The notes beneath the pieces are model-generated. The model did not search any database and was not told the DNA's origin. It worked only from the letters and a program-made list of their open reading frames with translations. Below are positions 49,154 through 59,985 of a stretch of 64,000 nt of DNA, in pieces (the first letter of the stretch is position 1; the number at the start of each line of letters is the position of its first letter). The position numbers were made by a program, and so were the translations under genes. This DNA comes from an uncultured Pseudohongiella sp. (lineage in GTDB: Bacteria; Pseudomonadota; Gammaproteobacteria; Pseudomonadales; Pseudohongiellaceae). Location: contig OZ240664.1 of NCBI GenBank assembly GCA_965198435.1, forward strand, positions 966,675 through 1,030,674. The letters run 5' to 3'.

Positions 49154-49494
49154 GGGCTATTCCGACGAATCGAATCAATGCACAAATTCTATTTCAACAG
49201 ATTTCGACTGCCTAGAGTTAAATTTTATCTACTGTGTATATTCGCCGGACAATGCGAACTCAACAGGAATTTACGGTGTATGGCCAGGGTTTCTGTTCTG
49301 GTTTTGGTGGAAGTTAAGAGAGAATTTCGCTAAAAATTCAGGCACTTCCACTTCTTTTTGGTGTCCCGCAGGTAGCGATACACTGCCATTAAACGCAATT
49401 TAGTAATCGCTGTCAATAAATCCTGGGGCTGGAATTCATGGCCCTGACCTATTTTTTCAGTACCGATTCCAGCCTTTGATGCAGCGTTAAGTCT

Positions 49495-49845
49495 CTAGGC
49501 ATCGGGGGCTGCATCCAGGGGCAGCACACTGTCAATAAATGCAGACAGTTGAGATTTAGAAAGAGCACCGACTTTTTCGCCGACTTTTTCACCGCCGTTA
49601 AAGACGATTAATGTAGGAATTCCGCGAATGCCATATTTTGGTGCAGTCTCCGTGTTGGCATCGACGTCCATCTTGCAAACCTTCAATTTGCCATCGTACT
49701 CAACGGCTATCTCTTCCAATACAGGCGCGATCATTTTGCAGGGGCCGCACCACTCAGCCCAAAAATCAACAATTACGGGGCCTTCAGCTTGCAATACGTC
49801 TTGTTCAAAACGACTATCTGAGGTGTGAACGATATTGTCGCTCAT
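49495..49845 (-). CDS. trxA: thioredoxin
   Basis: 116 aa with the WAEWCGPCK active site. Confidence 0.9.
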   Translation of the reverse strand: MSDNIVHTSDSRFEQDVLQAEGPVIVDFWAEWCGPCKMIAPVLEEIAVEYDGKLKVCKMDVDANTETAPKYGIRGIPTLIVFNGGEKVGEKVGALSKSQLSAFIDSVLPLDAAPDA

Positions 49846-50048
49846 GCGTCACTTCCTTTCCTATGGGATTAAATTAACGGGGTAACCAAGGCTGATTGGC
49901 CAGGCGTTTTGTACTATATCCTTTATCCTTTGTAATCAATCTGTTGCTGGCCCGAATTGATAACTGGTCATTAATAATAAGGGCATATTCGGAGGATTCA
50001 AGGGCTGGTGGAGTACACTCAATAGACCGAATAAATCAGACTATTTAA

Positions 50049-50188
50049 GGAACCTCTGATTAATTACCTACGTTGTTATTGCTGCGTTAAAAATCAGCTC
50101 AAAATGCGCATTTATGACCTATAAACTGCGCTTTTTCGCTGATTTTTGCCTTGCACTAACTGCCTCGTAAACATTAATCAGAGGCTCC
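50049..50188 (+). mobile_element. MITE-A copy A15 (140 bp, F)
   Basis: TTAA/TTAA flanks. Lies 13 bp downstream of the hemB stop. Confidence 0.9.
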
Positions 50189-50201
50189 TTAACAACTATT
50201 T

Positions 50202-51269
<1,068 letters not shown>

Positions 51270-51412
51270 TTATAAGCCAAGGTGGAGCTGCTCGCGAGTT
51301 GCTGAAAACGACGCTGGCGACAGGAATGTAGATCACTAAGCCTAGTGGGGTCGTCAGAAAACCAGACTTTGAGAGTTTTGAGAGTCAGGGCGTAGAACCA
51401 GGCAAAAAACAG

Positions 51413-53560
51413 GTGCATTTGGTGGGTAAAACAAAAACTTTTATAGTTGCAGTGATTGCTTCGGCAATTGTCAGTTATTTCATCTTTGATCTGGGTCGCT
51501 TTCTCACTCTTGAATATGCGCAATCCCAGATATCGACGATTCAAGATTTCCGTGATGAAAATTTTGTTCTCACCGTGTTTAGCTATTTCTTACTTTACGT
51601 CGCAGTTACGGCCCTATCTATACCTGGTGCTCTTATTGTCACCTTGATTGGTGGTGCCATATTTGGCTTGTTATGGGGAACACTGATTGTTTCGTTCGCC
51701 AGCTCGATTGGTGCCACATTGGCGTTTCTTGTTTCTCGCACCCTGTTGCGTGATTGGGTGGAATCTCGATTCGGTGATTACCTGGCACCAATAAATCGAG
51801 GAATTGAGAAAGACGGCAATTTCTATCTGTTTAGCATTCGTATGGTTCCTTTGTTTCCATTTTTCATGGTGAATCTGCTAATGGGTCTTACGGCCATTCG
51901 CGCACCATCCTTCTATATAGTCAGTCAAATCGGGATGCTTATGGGGACGGCTGTTTACGTAAACGCAGGATCTGAATTGGCGCAGATCACTTCACTGTCT
52001 GGACTGGTAAGTGGCAGAGTGATTCTCTCACTGGTACTGCTGGGCCTATTTCCACTTACAGGCCGACTTATTGTGAATACCCTGCAAAAGAACAAGATCA
52101 TGAAAAGATTTACCAAACCCAAAAGCTTCGACGCCAACGTAGTTGTTATTGGCGGAGGATCAGCAGGCTTAGTGGCTTCGATAATTGCTGTGGGCGCAAA
52201 AGCCAAAACAGTGCTTATCGAAAAGCATAAAATGGGTGGTGATTGCCTCAATACAGGTTGTGTGCCCAGCAAAGCGCTACTGCGCAGTAGTCGCATCATG
52301 TCCTATATTCGTCGTGGAAAAGAATACGGCATAGACAACGCGGTGGGTGAAGTAAATTTTGCGGACGTCATGGAGCGTGTACAGGGAGTAATAAAAACAA
52401 TAGAGCCCCATGACTCTGTCGAGCGATTTACCTCTCTGGGTGTGGAGTGTATCCAGGGCGATGCGTGCATTACTTCTCCATATACAGTTGAAGTTGATGG
52501 GCGCACTATCAATACGCGTTCAATTATTGTTGCGTCTGGTGCAAGACCATTGGTACCGCCAATCCCTGGACTGGATGAAATCAATTATCTGACTTCAGAT
52601 ACGGTATGGTCCTTGCGTGAGTTGCCGAAACGTCTGCTTGTTATTGGAGGTGGTCCAATTGGGTGTGAACTCGCACAAGCATTTAATAATCTCGGGGCTA
52701 AAGTTACCCAGGTTGATATGGCACCTCGCATAATGCCCCGTGAAGACCTTGAAGTTTCCGCTGTGGTGATGGATCGATTCGTGCAAGACGGAATTCAGGT
52801 ACTCACTGATCATCGGCTCGTAAAATTTTCTGCTACTGATGGTGTTTACGCCATGGAAGCTGAACATGAGGGTAAAGCTGTTCGGGTAGAGTTCGACAAG
52901 GTTCTGCTTGCTATTGGGCGCAAAGCCAATGTTGAAGGTTTTGGGTTGGAGGAACTCGAAATGCCGCTGACTCCTCAAGGCACGATCGAAGTAAACAACG
53001 CGATGCAGACAGCCTACCCTAATATCTTCGCGTGTGGAGACGTTGCGGGCCCTTATCAATTTACCCATATGGCCTCATTTCAGGCGTTTTTTGCAAGTAT
53101 CAATTCATTACTGGGAGGATGGTGGCGACTAAAAGCGGACTATCGTGTAGTGCCGTGGGCTACCTTTACAAACCCTGAAGTGGCGCGGGTTGGCTTGAGT
53201 GAAACCGAGGCTCAGCAACAAGGGATTACCTATGAGGTCACCCGCTACGATATGGACCATCTTGATCGTGCATTGGCTGATGGCGAAGCCCATGGTTTTA
53301 TCAAAGTGCTGACTGTGCCTGGAAAAGACAAAATTCTGGGGGTTACCATGGTGGGTTATCACGCCGGAGAATTGATTGGTGAGTTTGTGTTTGCCATGAC
53401 ACACAACATGGGCCTGAGAAAAATCGCCGCAGTTACTCATATTTATCCGACCTTATTGGAAGCAAACAAATTTTCAGCTAATGCGTGGCGGAATGCACGC
53501 TTACCTGAAAAATACTTTCCCTGGATGGAAAAATTCTTTGCCTGGCAAAGGAAAAGCTAA
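51413..53560 (+). CDS. fusion protein: TVP38/TMEM64 (DedA superfamily) membrane domain + class I FAD-dependent pyridine nucleotide-disulfide oxidoreductase
   Basis: About 230 aa of polytopic N-terminus. Then VVVIGGGSAG and the redox-active GGDCLNTGCVPSK, plus a C-terminal dimerisation domain. GTG start. Confidence 0.8.
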   Translation: MHLVGKTKTFIVAVIASAIVSYFIFDLGRFLTLEYAQSQISTIQDFRDENFVLTVFSYFLLYVAVTALSIPGALIVTLIGGAIFGLLWGTLIVSFASSIGATLAFLVSRTLLRDWVESRFGDYLAPINRGIEKDGNFYLFSIRMVPLFPFFMVNLLMGLTAIRAPSFYIVSQIGMLMGTAVYVNAGSELAQITSLSGLVSGRVILSLVLLGLFPLTGRLIVNTLQKNKIMKRFTKPKSFDANVVVIGGGSAGLVASIIAVGAKAKTVLIEKHKMGGDCLNTGCVPSKALLRSSRIMSYIRRGKEYGIDNAVGEVNFADVMERVQGVIKTIEPHDSVERFTSLGVECIQGDACITSPYTVEVDGRTINTRSIIVASGARPLVPPIPGLDEINYLTSDTVWSLRELPKRLLVIGGGPIGCELAQAFNNLGAKVTQVDMAPRIMPREDLEVSAVVMDRFVQDGIQVLTDHRLVKFSATDGVYAMEAEHEGKAVRVEFDKVLLAIGRKANVEGFGLEELEMPLTPQGTIEVNNAMQTAYPNIFACGDVAGPYQFTHMASFQAFFASINSLLGGWWRLKADYRVVPWATFTNPEVARVGLSETEAQQQGITYEVTRYDMDHLDRALADGEAHGFIKVLTVPGKDKILGVTMVGYHAGELIGEFVFAMTHNMGLRKIAAVTHIYPTLLEANKFSANAWRNARLPEKYFPWMEKFFAWQRKS

Positions 53561-53624
53561 TCGAACATAGCAAAGAAGAATCTATCGAGACAGATCTTAA
53601 AGGAACAGGATCAGTTGCATTGAT

Positions 53625-55223
53625 TTACTGTGCGTTCCAATCAGCGAGGAATTCATCAAAGCTTTGCTTGTCAGCGGCTTCGACATTTTTCTGATCCATT
53701 AATGATTTGGCAGCCGCTTCTTCAAATTCTTGTTGAATAGTCACGCTGAGACTTTCTCCCTGTAAGCTGTCTTTCGCTGCACGTGAACGAGCCATTGAGA
53801 ATTCAAAGAAAGAAAGCCTGTTATTCTGCATATCCTCCAGCATTTTTCCTGAAGGGGTGAGTTTATCGTCAGTAACTTTTGCCTGCTGTTGATTTGTCGC
53901 TTCACTATGAGCGGTTGATCCGCTGGATTGATCCAGCAGAGCAGCGCTGTGGGCAATATCATTGACCAATTTTTCAGCCCATTCACGCAAACAAATTGCG
54001 CTACCTGCTTCTGACAGAACCAGTTCCGGATCACGCCCATTTTCAACAACTTTTGCCAGGTTTTCCGCCACTTCAAAAAATTCTCTCTCATCGCATGCGG
54101 GTGAGTCTGCCAGCAAGCAATGCAGCAAAAAACTATCCAGGAAACGCACTGCTTCCGCATCAATTCCTAAAGAAAGGTAGGGATTCAGATCCAGGGCACG
54201 GACTTCAACATATTCGATACCGCCATTGATTAGCGCATCCAGAGGTCGCTCTCCACTTTGTACATTTCGTTTGGGTCTAATGGTGCTATAGAATTCGTTC
54301 TCTAACTGCAATAGATTAGTATTGATTTGCAGATATTCACCCTCTTTTTTCTGCCCGATTTTTTCATACTCATCATAGGGCTCGTGCATTGCATTGAGTA
54401 AACAATCTACATAAGTCTGTAGTTCGTTGTAGCAAACGAAAAGAGATTTTTGTGCTTCACTTTTGTATCCCAGGTTGCCCATTCGTAAGCAAGTAGCATT
54501 AGGCAGATAAAGACTGTAATCATCGAATTCCTCAAGCCCGTGATCTCGTCCTTGCACGAAGCACTTACAAGCAGCTGGTGAGGCACCAAACAGATAGATA
54601 AGCAACCAGGAAAAGCGATGAAAATTTCTGATCAAATGCAAATATTTTTCTGTGCGGAATTCCTGAAGAGATTGGGTATTGCCGCACTGGGTTTGGTAAG
54701 GGACCCAGAATTCTTCGGGCATTGAAAAATTGTAGTGCAGCCCCGCTATCACTTGCATCAAACTGCCGTATCGGTTGTGTAAGCCACGGCGATAGAGGGT
54801 TTTCATGCGTCCGATATTCGAAACACCGTATTCAGCAATACGAATGTCTGCATTCGCTGAAAGCGGGCAGGGCATGCTCGAGACCCACAACAACTCATCA
54901 TTCTCAAGATTCTGTAACGAAAACCGGTGAATGTTTTCCAAAACACCCAGGCATTCTTCAATATCCGTGTAAGCAGGCGTAATAAACTCCAGCAATGCTT
55001 CGGCGAAATCTGTGGTGATGAAAGGGTTGGTTAATGCAGAACCAAGTACTTGCGGATGTGAGGCAAGAGAAATATGACCATCAGGAGAAATACGCAGACT
55101 CTCCTTCTCGATTCCTCTTAGAATCTTGCCCCAGCTACTATCAAATCCAGCTAGACCGTAGCGCTGTAGGCTTTCGCGGAATTGTTTGGTCAACGTTACT
55201 CCCGGTTTAGTGTTGACTCGCAC
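53625..55223 (-). CDS. gshA: glutamate-cysteine ligase
   Basis: 532 aa with proteobacterial GshA-type sequence (GIEKESLR, YRRGL, IRPKR). Confidence 0.9.
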   Translation of the reverse strand: MRVNTKPGVTLTKQFRESLQRYGLAGFDSSWGKILRGIEKESLRISPDGHISLASHPQVLGSALTNPFITTDFAEALLEFITPAYTDIEECLGVLENIHRFSLQNLENDELLWVSSMPCPLSANADIRIAEYGVSNIGRMKTLYRRGLHNRYGSLMQVIAGLHYNFSMPEEFWVPYQTQCGNTQSLQEFRTEKYLHLIRNFHRFSWLLIYLFGASPAACKCFVQGRDHGLEEFDDYSLYLPNATCLRMGNLGYKSEAQKSLFVCYNELQTYVDCLLNAMHEPYDEYEKIGQKKEGEYLQINTNLLQLENEFYSTIRPKRNVQSGERPLDALINGGIEYVEVRALDLNPYLSLGIDAEAVRFLDSFLLHCLLADSPACDEREFFEVAENLAKVVENGRDPELVLSEAGSAICLREWAEKLVNDIAHSAALLDQSSGSTAHSEATNQQQAKVTDDKLTPSGKMLEDMQNNRLSFFEFSMARSRAAKDSLQGESLSVTIQQEFEEAAAKSLMDQKNVEAADKQSFDEFLADWNAQ

Positions 55224-55285
55224 GGCAGGGCATTATGTCAGATTCAAACCGTGGCTGTGAACACCGGATTTTATTGCTTACGCAG

Positions 55286-55726
55286 CTAGTTATCGGCATT
55301 GTTAGAAATCCTTTGTTTGAGTTGTGTGATCAGTCGGCGTTGTTTCTTATTGGGTCGAGTTGCTGATGGCCAATGCCTGGGCTGAGCGTGTCTTTGTTCT
55401 ATTAGCAGCTTACGCTGCTTGATGCTCTCAGTAGTTTCTTCATAGAGAAGCTGTGCTTCTGGAGCGCCACGTCTCTGATCACTCAATGCTCTAACGATGA
55501 CGGTTTTGTCATCAAAACCTTGTCTCAACCGCAACACCATGCCGATTTCCAAGTCTTTACTGGGTTTTACCCGAGCACCCTCGCAATGCACTTTGCCGCC
55601 TTCGATGGCTTGTTTGGCCAGTGCTCGAGTTTTGAAAAATCGGGCTGCCCAAAGCCATTTGTCGATACGCACCTTCTCAATGCGTAGCTTCGGGGAGGAA
55701 TTTAGGTCTGTTTTTTTGGCCGCCAT
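55286..55726 (-). CDS. hslR: ribosome-associated heat shock protein Hsp15
   Basis: 146 aa with the S4-like motif RIDKWLWAARFFKTRALA. Confidence 0.85.
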   Translation of the reverse strand: MAAKKTDLNSSPKLRIEKVRIDKWLWAARFFKTRALAKQAIEGGKVHCEGARVKPSKDLEIGMVLRLRQGFDDKTVIVRALSDQRRGAPEAQLLYEETTESIKQRKLLIEQRHAQPRHWPSATRPNKKQRRLITQLKQRISNNADN

Positions 55727-55731
55727 GTGTC

Positions 55732-56397
55732 CTAACTGTTTTTCACATCGGGCATGATGTGATCAAAATCGATAACTTGGGAGAATTCTTCGGCCACGAC
55801 TGGGTCTTGTTGACTGTCAGGTTTATGAATTGCCCATAGATGGGCAATGCCTTCGCGCTGTGCTCGTCTTAGCACACGGAGAGAATCATCGAACAATACA
55901 GTCCTTGCAGGGTCGTAGGTTTCCAATTCTTGCAGTGATGTCCAGAATCCTTCATTTTCTTTGGCCAGGTTTAGAGTGTGAGAACTAATTCGTTGATGGA
56001 AGTAATTGGCAATCCCTGTGTGCGACATTTTCAGGTTTAAACTTACAGGATGGGCATTTGTAATAAGCAGGACACGTTTACGTGTTTTTCTTAGTGCTTG
56101 CAATAATTGTTCAACATTTGGTCGAACAGTAATTTTGTGTATAACGCTGCGCTTTATTGCTGGCATATCAAGCTGTAGTTCGTCTTGCCAATAGTCGATG
56201 CAATACCAGTTCAGGGTGCCAAACACGGCTTCATACTTGTCCTTTATTATTTCCAGTGCATCTGATTCGCTCACATCATGTTTTGCGCTGTAATGTTTAG
56301 GGACCAGCTGCAGCCAAAAATAGTTATCGAAATGCAGGTCCAGCAGCGTACCGTCCATGTCAAACATCACAGTATCAATTTCAGACCAGGGCAGCAT
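55732..56397 (-). CDS. yrfG: HAD-family hydrolase (YrfG-like GMP/IMP nucleotidase)
   Basis: DTVMFDMDGTLLDLHFDNYFW motif. Adjacent to hslR, as in E. coli. Confidence 0.7.
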   Translation of the reverse strand: MLPWSEIDTVMFDMDGTLLDLHFDNYFWLQLVPKHYSAKHDVSESDALEIIKDKYEAVFGTLNWYCIDYWQDELQLDMPAIKRSVIHKITVRPNVEQLLQALRKTRKRVLLITNAHPVSLNLKMSHTGIANYFHQRISSHTLNLAKENEGFWTSLQELETYDPARTVLFDDSLRVLRRAQREGIAHLWAIHKPDSQQDPVVAEEFSQVIDFDHIMPDVKNS

Positions 56398-56468
56398 CGG
56401 GGCATCTCTTCTAGTGTATGATAGATAATCTACGAAACAGGAAAGCTTAAGATCGATTGTAACAGCTC

Positions 56469-57293
56469 ATGTCAGAAATACTCGACTCAGTCACTGCGAT
56501 TGCTGAAGTTGCAGGCAAAGAAATTCTGTTGGTTTACAATGATAGCCGATCTATCGATGTCACAATCAAGCACGATCAATCGCCCCTGACTATCGCCGAC
56601 AGAAGGGCGAATGCAGTAATAGTAGATCGCCTTCTAGCCCTTGATAGTTCCATTCCTGTGCTCAGCGAAGAGTTAGATCAACCCCCGTTCTCGATCCGCT
56701 CCAAATGGTCAAAGTACTGGCTGGTTGACCCACTGGATGGTACGAAGGAATTCATTAATCGCAATGGTGAATTCACTGTCAATATCGCATTAATTGAGTC
56801 CGGAATACCCACCCTGGGGGTAGTGCATGTTCCGGTTTCAAATGTTAGCTATTTTGGAGGCACATCGGTGGGTGGTGCCTGGAAGTACAGTTCTCAAACA
56901 AAGCAAGCGCTTGCAGTTAACAGTGGCCTGGAGAACGCCAAGGTACTACGCATTGTGGCAAGTCGTTCCCATCGCGGTGCGGCAATAGACCGTCTCATCA
57001 AGCGGCTGGAAACGCAATTTGAATCTGTCGATGTTGTCAGCATGGGCAGCTCGTTGAAAATTTGTCTATTAGCTGAAGCTAGTGCTGATCTTTATCCACG
57101 CCTGACACCGACCAGTGAATGGGATACCGCAGCCGCTCACGCTGTATTGCTGGCAGCCGGTGGCGAAATACTCACGGATCAATTCGTGCCACTTCGCTAC
57201 AACCAGAAAGACAACATTCTCAATTCTCACTTTCTTGCACTGGGTGATGGCAGCTTCAATTGGCAGCAGCTCTTAAAGGCAGTGATGCCCTAG
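56469..57293 (+). CDS. cysQ: 3'(2'),5'-bisphosphate nucleotidase
   Basis: 274 aa. WLVDPLDGTKEF and WDTAA are inositol-monophosphatase-family motifs in a CysQ-like arrangement. Confidence 0.85.
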   Translation: MSEILDSVTAIAEVAGKEILLVYNDSRSIDVTIKHDQSPLTIADRRANAVIVDRLLALDSSIPVLSEELDQPPFSIRSKWSKYWLVDPLDGTKEFINRNGEFTVNIALIESGIPTLGVVHVPVSNVSYFGGTSVGGAWKYSSQTKQALAVNSGLENAKVLRIVASRSHRGAAIDRLIKRLETQFESVDVVSMGSSLKICLLAEASADLYPRLTPTSEWDTAAAHAVLLAAGGEILTDQFVPLRYNQKDNILNSHFLALGDGSFNWQQLLKAVMP

Positions 57294-57380
57294 TCCACGG
57301 TTCATCCAGGTTTATCCACATTCGGCAATACTCGGCTGGACAGGCTCGGATAAAACACCTTAGCGTGCAGAACTATTAAG

Positions 57381-58526
57381 TTGCCAGAATTCAACAGGTC
57401 GAATCAGAGGCTCCTTAATTTGGTTATGGATTCTTTACCCTATTCCTGGCCCGTTTCGGGGAGCACGACGCTTGAAACCTTCCGCCAACACTTCGATGGG
57501 ATTGTGGCCAAATACGGCTGGGACTACCACGGCGGACGCAACTGGCGCAGCCGCGTGATCTATGACACCAACCTGCGCACCAGCTACGCCGCCGGACGCT
57601 ACCAGCAAATGAAAGCCGTAGCCCAGTCCCGCCCCTTCTGGCACTACCGCCACAGCCATGCCTCCGCCGAACCACGCCAGCAACACCTGCACTGGGACGG
57701 CCTGATCCTTAACCACAACGACCCCTTCTGGAACACCCACTATCCACCCAATGGCTGGGGCTGCAAGTGCTACGTGGAAACCCTCAGCCAACGTGACCTG
57801 GACAGACTCGGCAAACCCACCCCGGATACCACCCCACCCATCACCACCCGCGACTGGGTCAATAAATCCACCGGACAAATCCATCAAGTCCCCTCCGGCA
57901 TTGACCCCGGCTGGGCCCATGCCCCAGGACGTACATCACAACTCGGCGAAGCGGTACAACACCGCATCAGGCAGAGCACTAAACAATCAGTCGCCATTGC
58001 CTCACGGGGTGTAGAGCAAATGCTAAATCAACCTCGCACCCTCAGCGCCCTCACCACTCAGTGGCAACACTGGCGCAAACAGGGTGAGCCTGTGCTCAGA
58101 GACGCTCTCGAAGTCGGTGCCTTGAAGCCAGGCATCATCACCACGATGAATAAGACCAACACCACCATCACCAGCGCCGCTATCACCATCACCCGCAGCG
58201 ACCTCGCTCACCTGATTCGCGACAGCAAGAAAAGACGCAGCCAGGCCCTTGATGAGGATGACCTCGACCGGTTACCAGAGGGTCTTGCACATCCTGAGGC
58301 AGTGCTGCTGGACACAGAAGACCAAGCCCTGCTCTATGTGTTCACCCCAGCAAACGACAATACCCGCAAGGGTAAGGTGGTTATCCGGGTGAATTATAAG
58401 CAGAAAATGAATACCGGGCGCAGCAAACAGACCCAGGTAACACATTCAATCCGCACCGCAGGGTATGTGAGTAAGCGGGACTTGAACAACCCCCGCTATC
58501 AGGTGATTGAAGGTGAGATCAAGTGA
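57381..58526 (+). CDS. phage Mu F-like (SPP1 gp7 family) head morphogenesis protein, probably an N-terminally truncated remnant
   Basis: RTSYAAGRYQQM .. DPFWNTHYPPNGWGCKCYV is the Mu_F domain signature. The first ~13 codons come from flank and the MITE fragment, so the true N-terminus is probably lost. Confidence 0.6.
   Translation: MPEFNRSNQRLLNLVMDSLPYSWPVSGSTTLETFRQHFDGIVAKYGWDYHGGRNWRSRVIYDTNLRTSYAAGRYQQMKAVAQSRPFWHYRHSHASAEPRQQHLHWDGLILNHNDPFWNTHYPPNGWGCKCYVETLSQRDLDRLGKPTPDTTPPITTRDWVNKSTGQIHQVPSGIDPGWAHAPGRTSQLGEAVQHRIRQSTKQSVAIASRGVEQMLNQPRTLSALTTQWQHWRKQGEPVLRDALEVGALKPGIITTMNKTNTTITSAAITITRSDLAHLIRDSKKRRSQALDEDDLDRLPEGLAHPEAVLLDTEDQALLYVFTPANDNTRKGKVVIRVNYKQKMNTGRSKQTQVTHSIRTAGYVSKRDLNNPRYQVIEGEIK
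57402..57414 (+). mobile_element. MITE-A right-end fragment (13 nt)
   Basis: AATCAGAGGCTCC followed by TTAA. No MITE sequence lies to its left. It marks the left edge of the G+C-rich phage-derived block. Confidence 0.6.
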
Positions 58527-58754
58527 GACGACCAGTGAGAAGGGCATGGAAAGCGTAAACAGTGCCGCCAGGACGAGACGCCACCCTCGATGCAGTACGA
58601 CGGCCGTCATCCGAAGAAAACGGCGCTCCATCTACCGGGAGAGCGGTCTGACGAATGTCAATTACCCGGCCTACCCGGCGGCACACGGTAATGTGCCATA
58701 AGCACCCATCTTAAATCCAGCTAAACTCGTTATGAAATTCAGAAGTACGCGATT

Positions 58755-58952
58755 ATGAGCAAAATTGAGTGGACCAAGCAGACTTGGGTCCCCTTCACCA
58801 GATGTGTAAAAGCCTCACCAGGGTGCAAGTACTGCTATGCCGAAACGCAGAAACTACCAAATTACAGATCGTGGATTCCCGGAATCTATACGGCAACGGT
58901 CGGCTTGCTCTTAATAGCGGGAAGTATGAAACCTAATGAAAATCCACATTGA
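58755..58952 (+). pseudogene. phage Gp37/Gp68 (DUF5131) family protein, N-terminal fragment only
   Basis: [30 protein letters not shown] matches the family N-terminus. At 65 aa it is far short of the roughly 250 aa I expect. Confidence 0.5.
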
Positions 58953-59421
58953 ACTGGATACGACCGAAGCCCGCGCCGCCATTCAGCGGCTGATCCGCCT
59001 CAGCACCGACCTCACCCCCCTGATGCAGGATGTCGGGGAGCAACTGCTGAACTCCACCCGCCAACGCTTTCGCCACGAACAAGCCCCCGACAGCACCCCC
59101 TGGGCACCATTGTCCGACACCACCAAACGACGCAAAACAAAAAACCACGACAAAATCCTCACCGAAGACGGCCTGCTGGGCAGCCAGATCGTCTATCACG
59201 CTACCCCCAACAGCCTGGAAATTGGCAGTAACCGAATCTATGCCAGCACCCACCAGTTCGGAGCCAGCAAGGGCCAGTACGGAAATACCACCAAAGGCTC
59301 ACCCATACCCTGGGGCAATATCCCGACTAGACCCTTTCTCGGACTTTCCCCCCAAGACACAACCTCGATTCATGAAACCTTCAACCACCACCTGCAAACA
59401 CGCTGGGCTAATCCCACCTGA
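58936..59421 (+). CDS. phage virion morphogenesis protein (Mu G-like)
   Basis: 161 aa. [33 protein letters not shown] is typical of the virion morphogenesis family. Confidence 0.65.
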   Translation: MKIHIELDTTEARAAIQRLIRLSTDLTPLMQDVGEQLLNSTRQRFRHEQAPDSTPWAPLSDTTKRRKTKNHDKILTEDGLLGSQIVYHATPNSLEIGSNRIYASTHQFGASKGQYGNTTKGSPIPWGNIPTRPFLGLSPQDTTSIHETFNHHLQTRWANPT

Positions 59422-59760
59422 TCAAAACCGTCATCACACCCTCCTCTATCAGAGGTAAATGCCAAACCAAAACCGGTTTGACATAGTCAACATTCATTGG
59501 ATTTTTGAGCAGCTATGAGCGCTTATGAGCGGCTAATGCACAGAACTTTTCGCATGAATAAGCGACTACTTTTCGCATCACTCCACACACTGACCCAACC
59601 GCATCGTACTCTTGTTACCATTCCTCGCCTGCTCATTTACCGGCATCTTTTTCCTGGTTCGGCCTGGACATGACCCAGCTTACGAAAGAGTTCCTGTCAA
59701 GCAGTATACGATGCCCTCTTCCATCACTGTTGCCCAAATCCAAACTGGAAAGAAATAAGA

Positions 59761-59985
59761 TTGTTTCGCTCTATTTTTGATGACCATCCGATTTTTCAGG
59801 ACAGCTCAGGCTGGCGTCATCTGAAAGCCAATGCTTCAGACAATTGGCCGCTTCCTGGAGACGATGATGCTGGTCGATTACTCGAAGATGCATTGCAGTT
59901 TAATCCGGACCGCTATGGCAGGCTGGTTTCTGTTTCGGGTAGCACCGTCAGAACTGACACCGGAGTTGAACTAAGGAACCTCTGA
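59761..59985 (+). CDS. hypothetical ORF or gene fragment terminating inside MITE A16
   Basis: ORF only. The last 3 codons and the TGA come from the MITE left end. Confidence 0.15.
   Translation: MFRSIFDDHPIFQDSSGWRHLKANASDNWPLPGDDDAGRLLEDALQFNPDRYGRLVSVSGSTVRTDTGVELRNL

Noticed and set aside
49056-49403. The 115-aa and 79-aa plus-strand ORFs in the trxA-rho spacer.
   Set aside because: They are low-complexity (Phe/Leu/Ser-rich from the polypyrimidine tract), have no ribosome-binding site and match no family. They lie antisense to the trxA-rho transcription direction.
57424-57920. Long antisense and alternative-frame ORFs in the phage-derived block (57424..57675, 57435..57920, 57751..58014, 58933..59253).
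   Set aside because: They are Gly/Ala/Pro/Arg-rich shadow ORFs typical of G+C-rich DNA opposite a real gene. The Mu F-like and Mu G-like frames carry the recognisable motifs.
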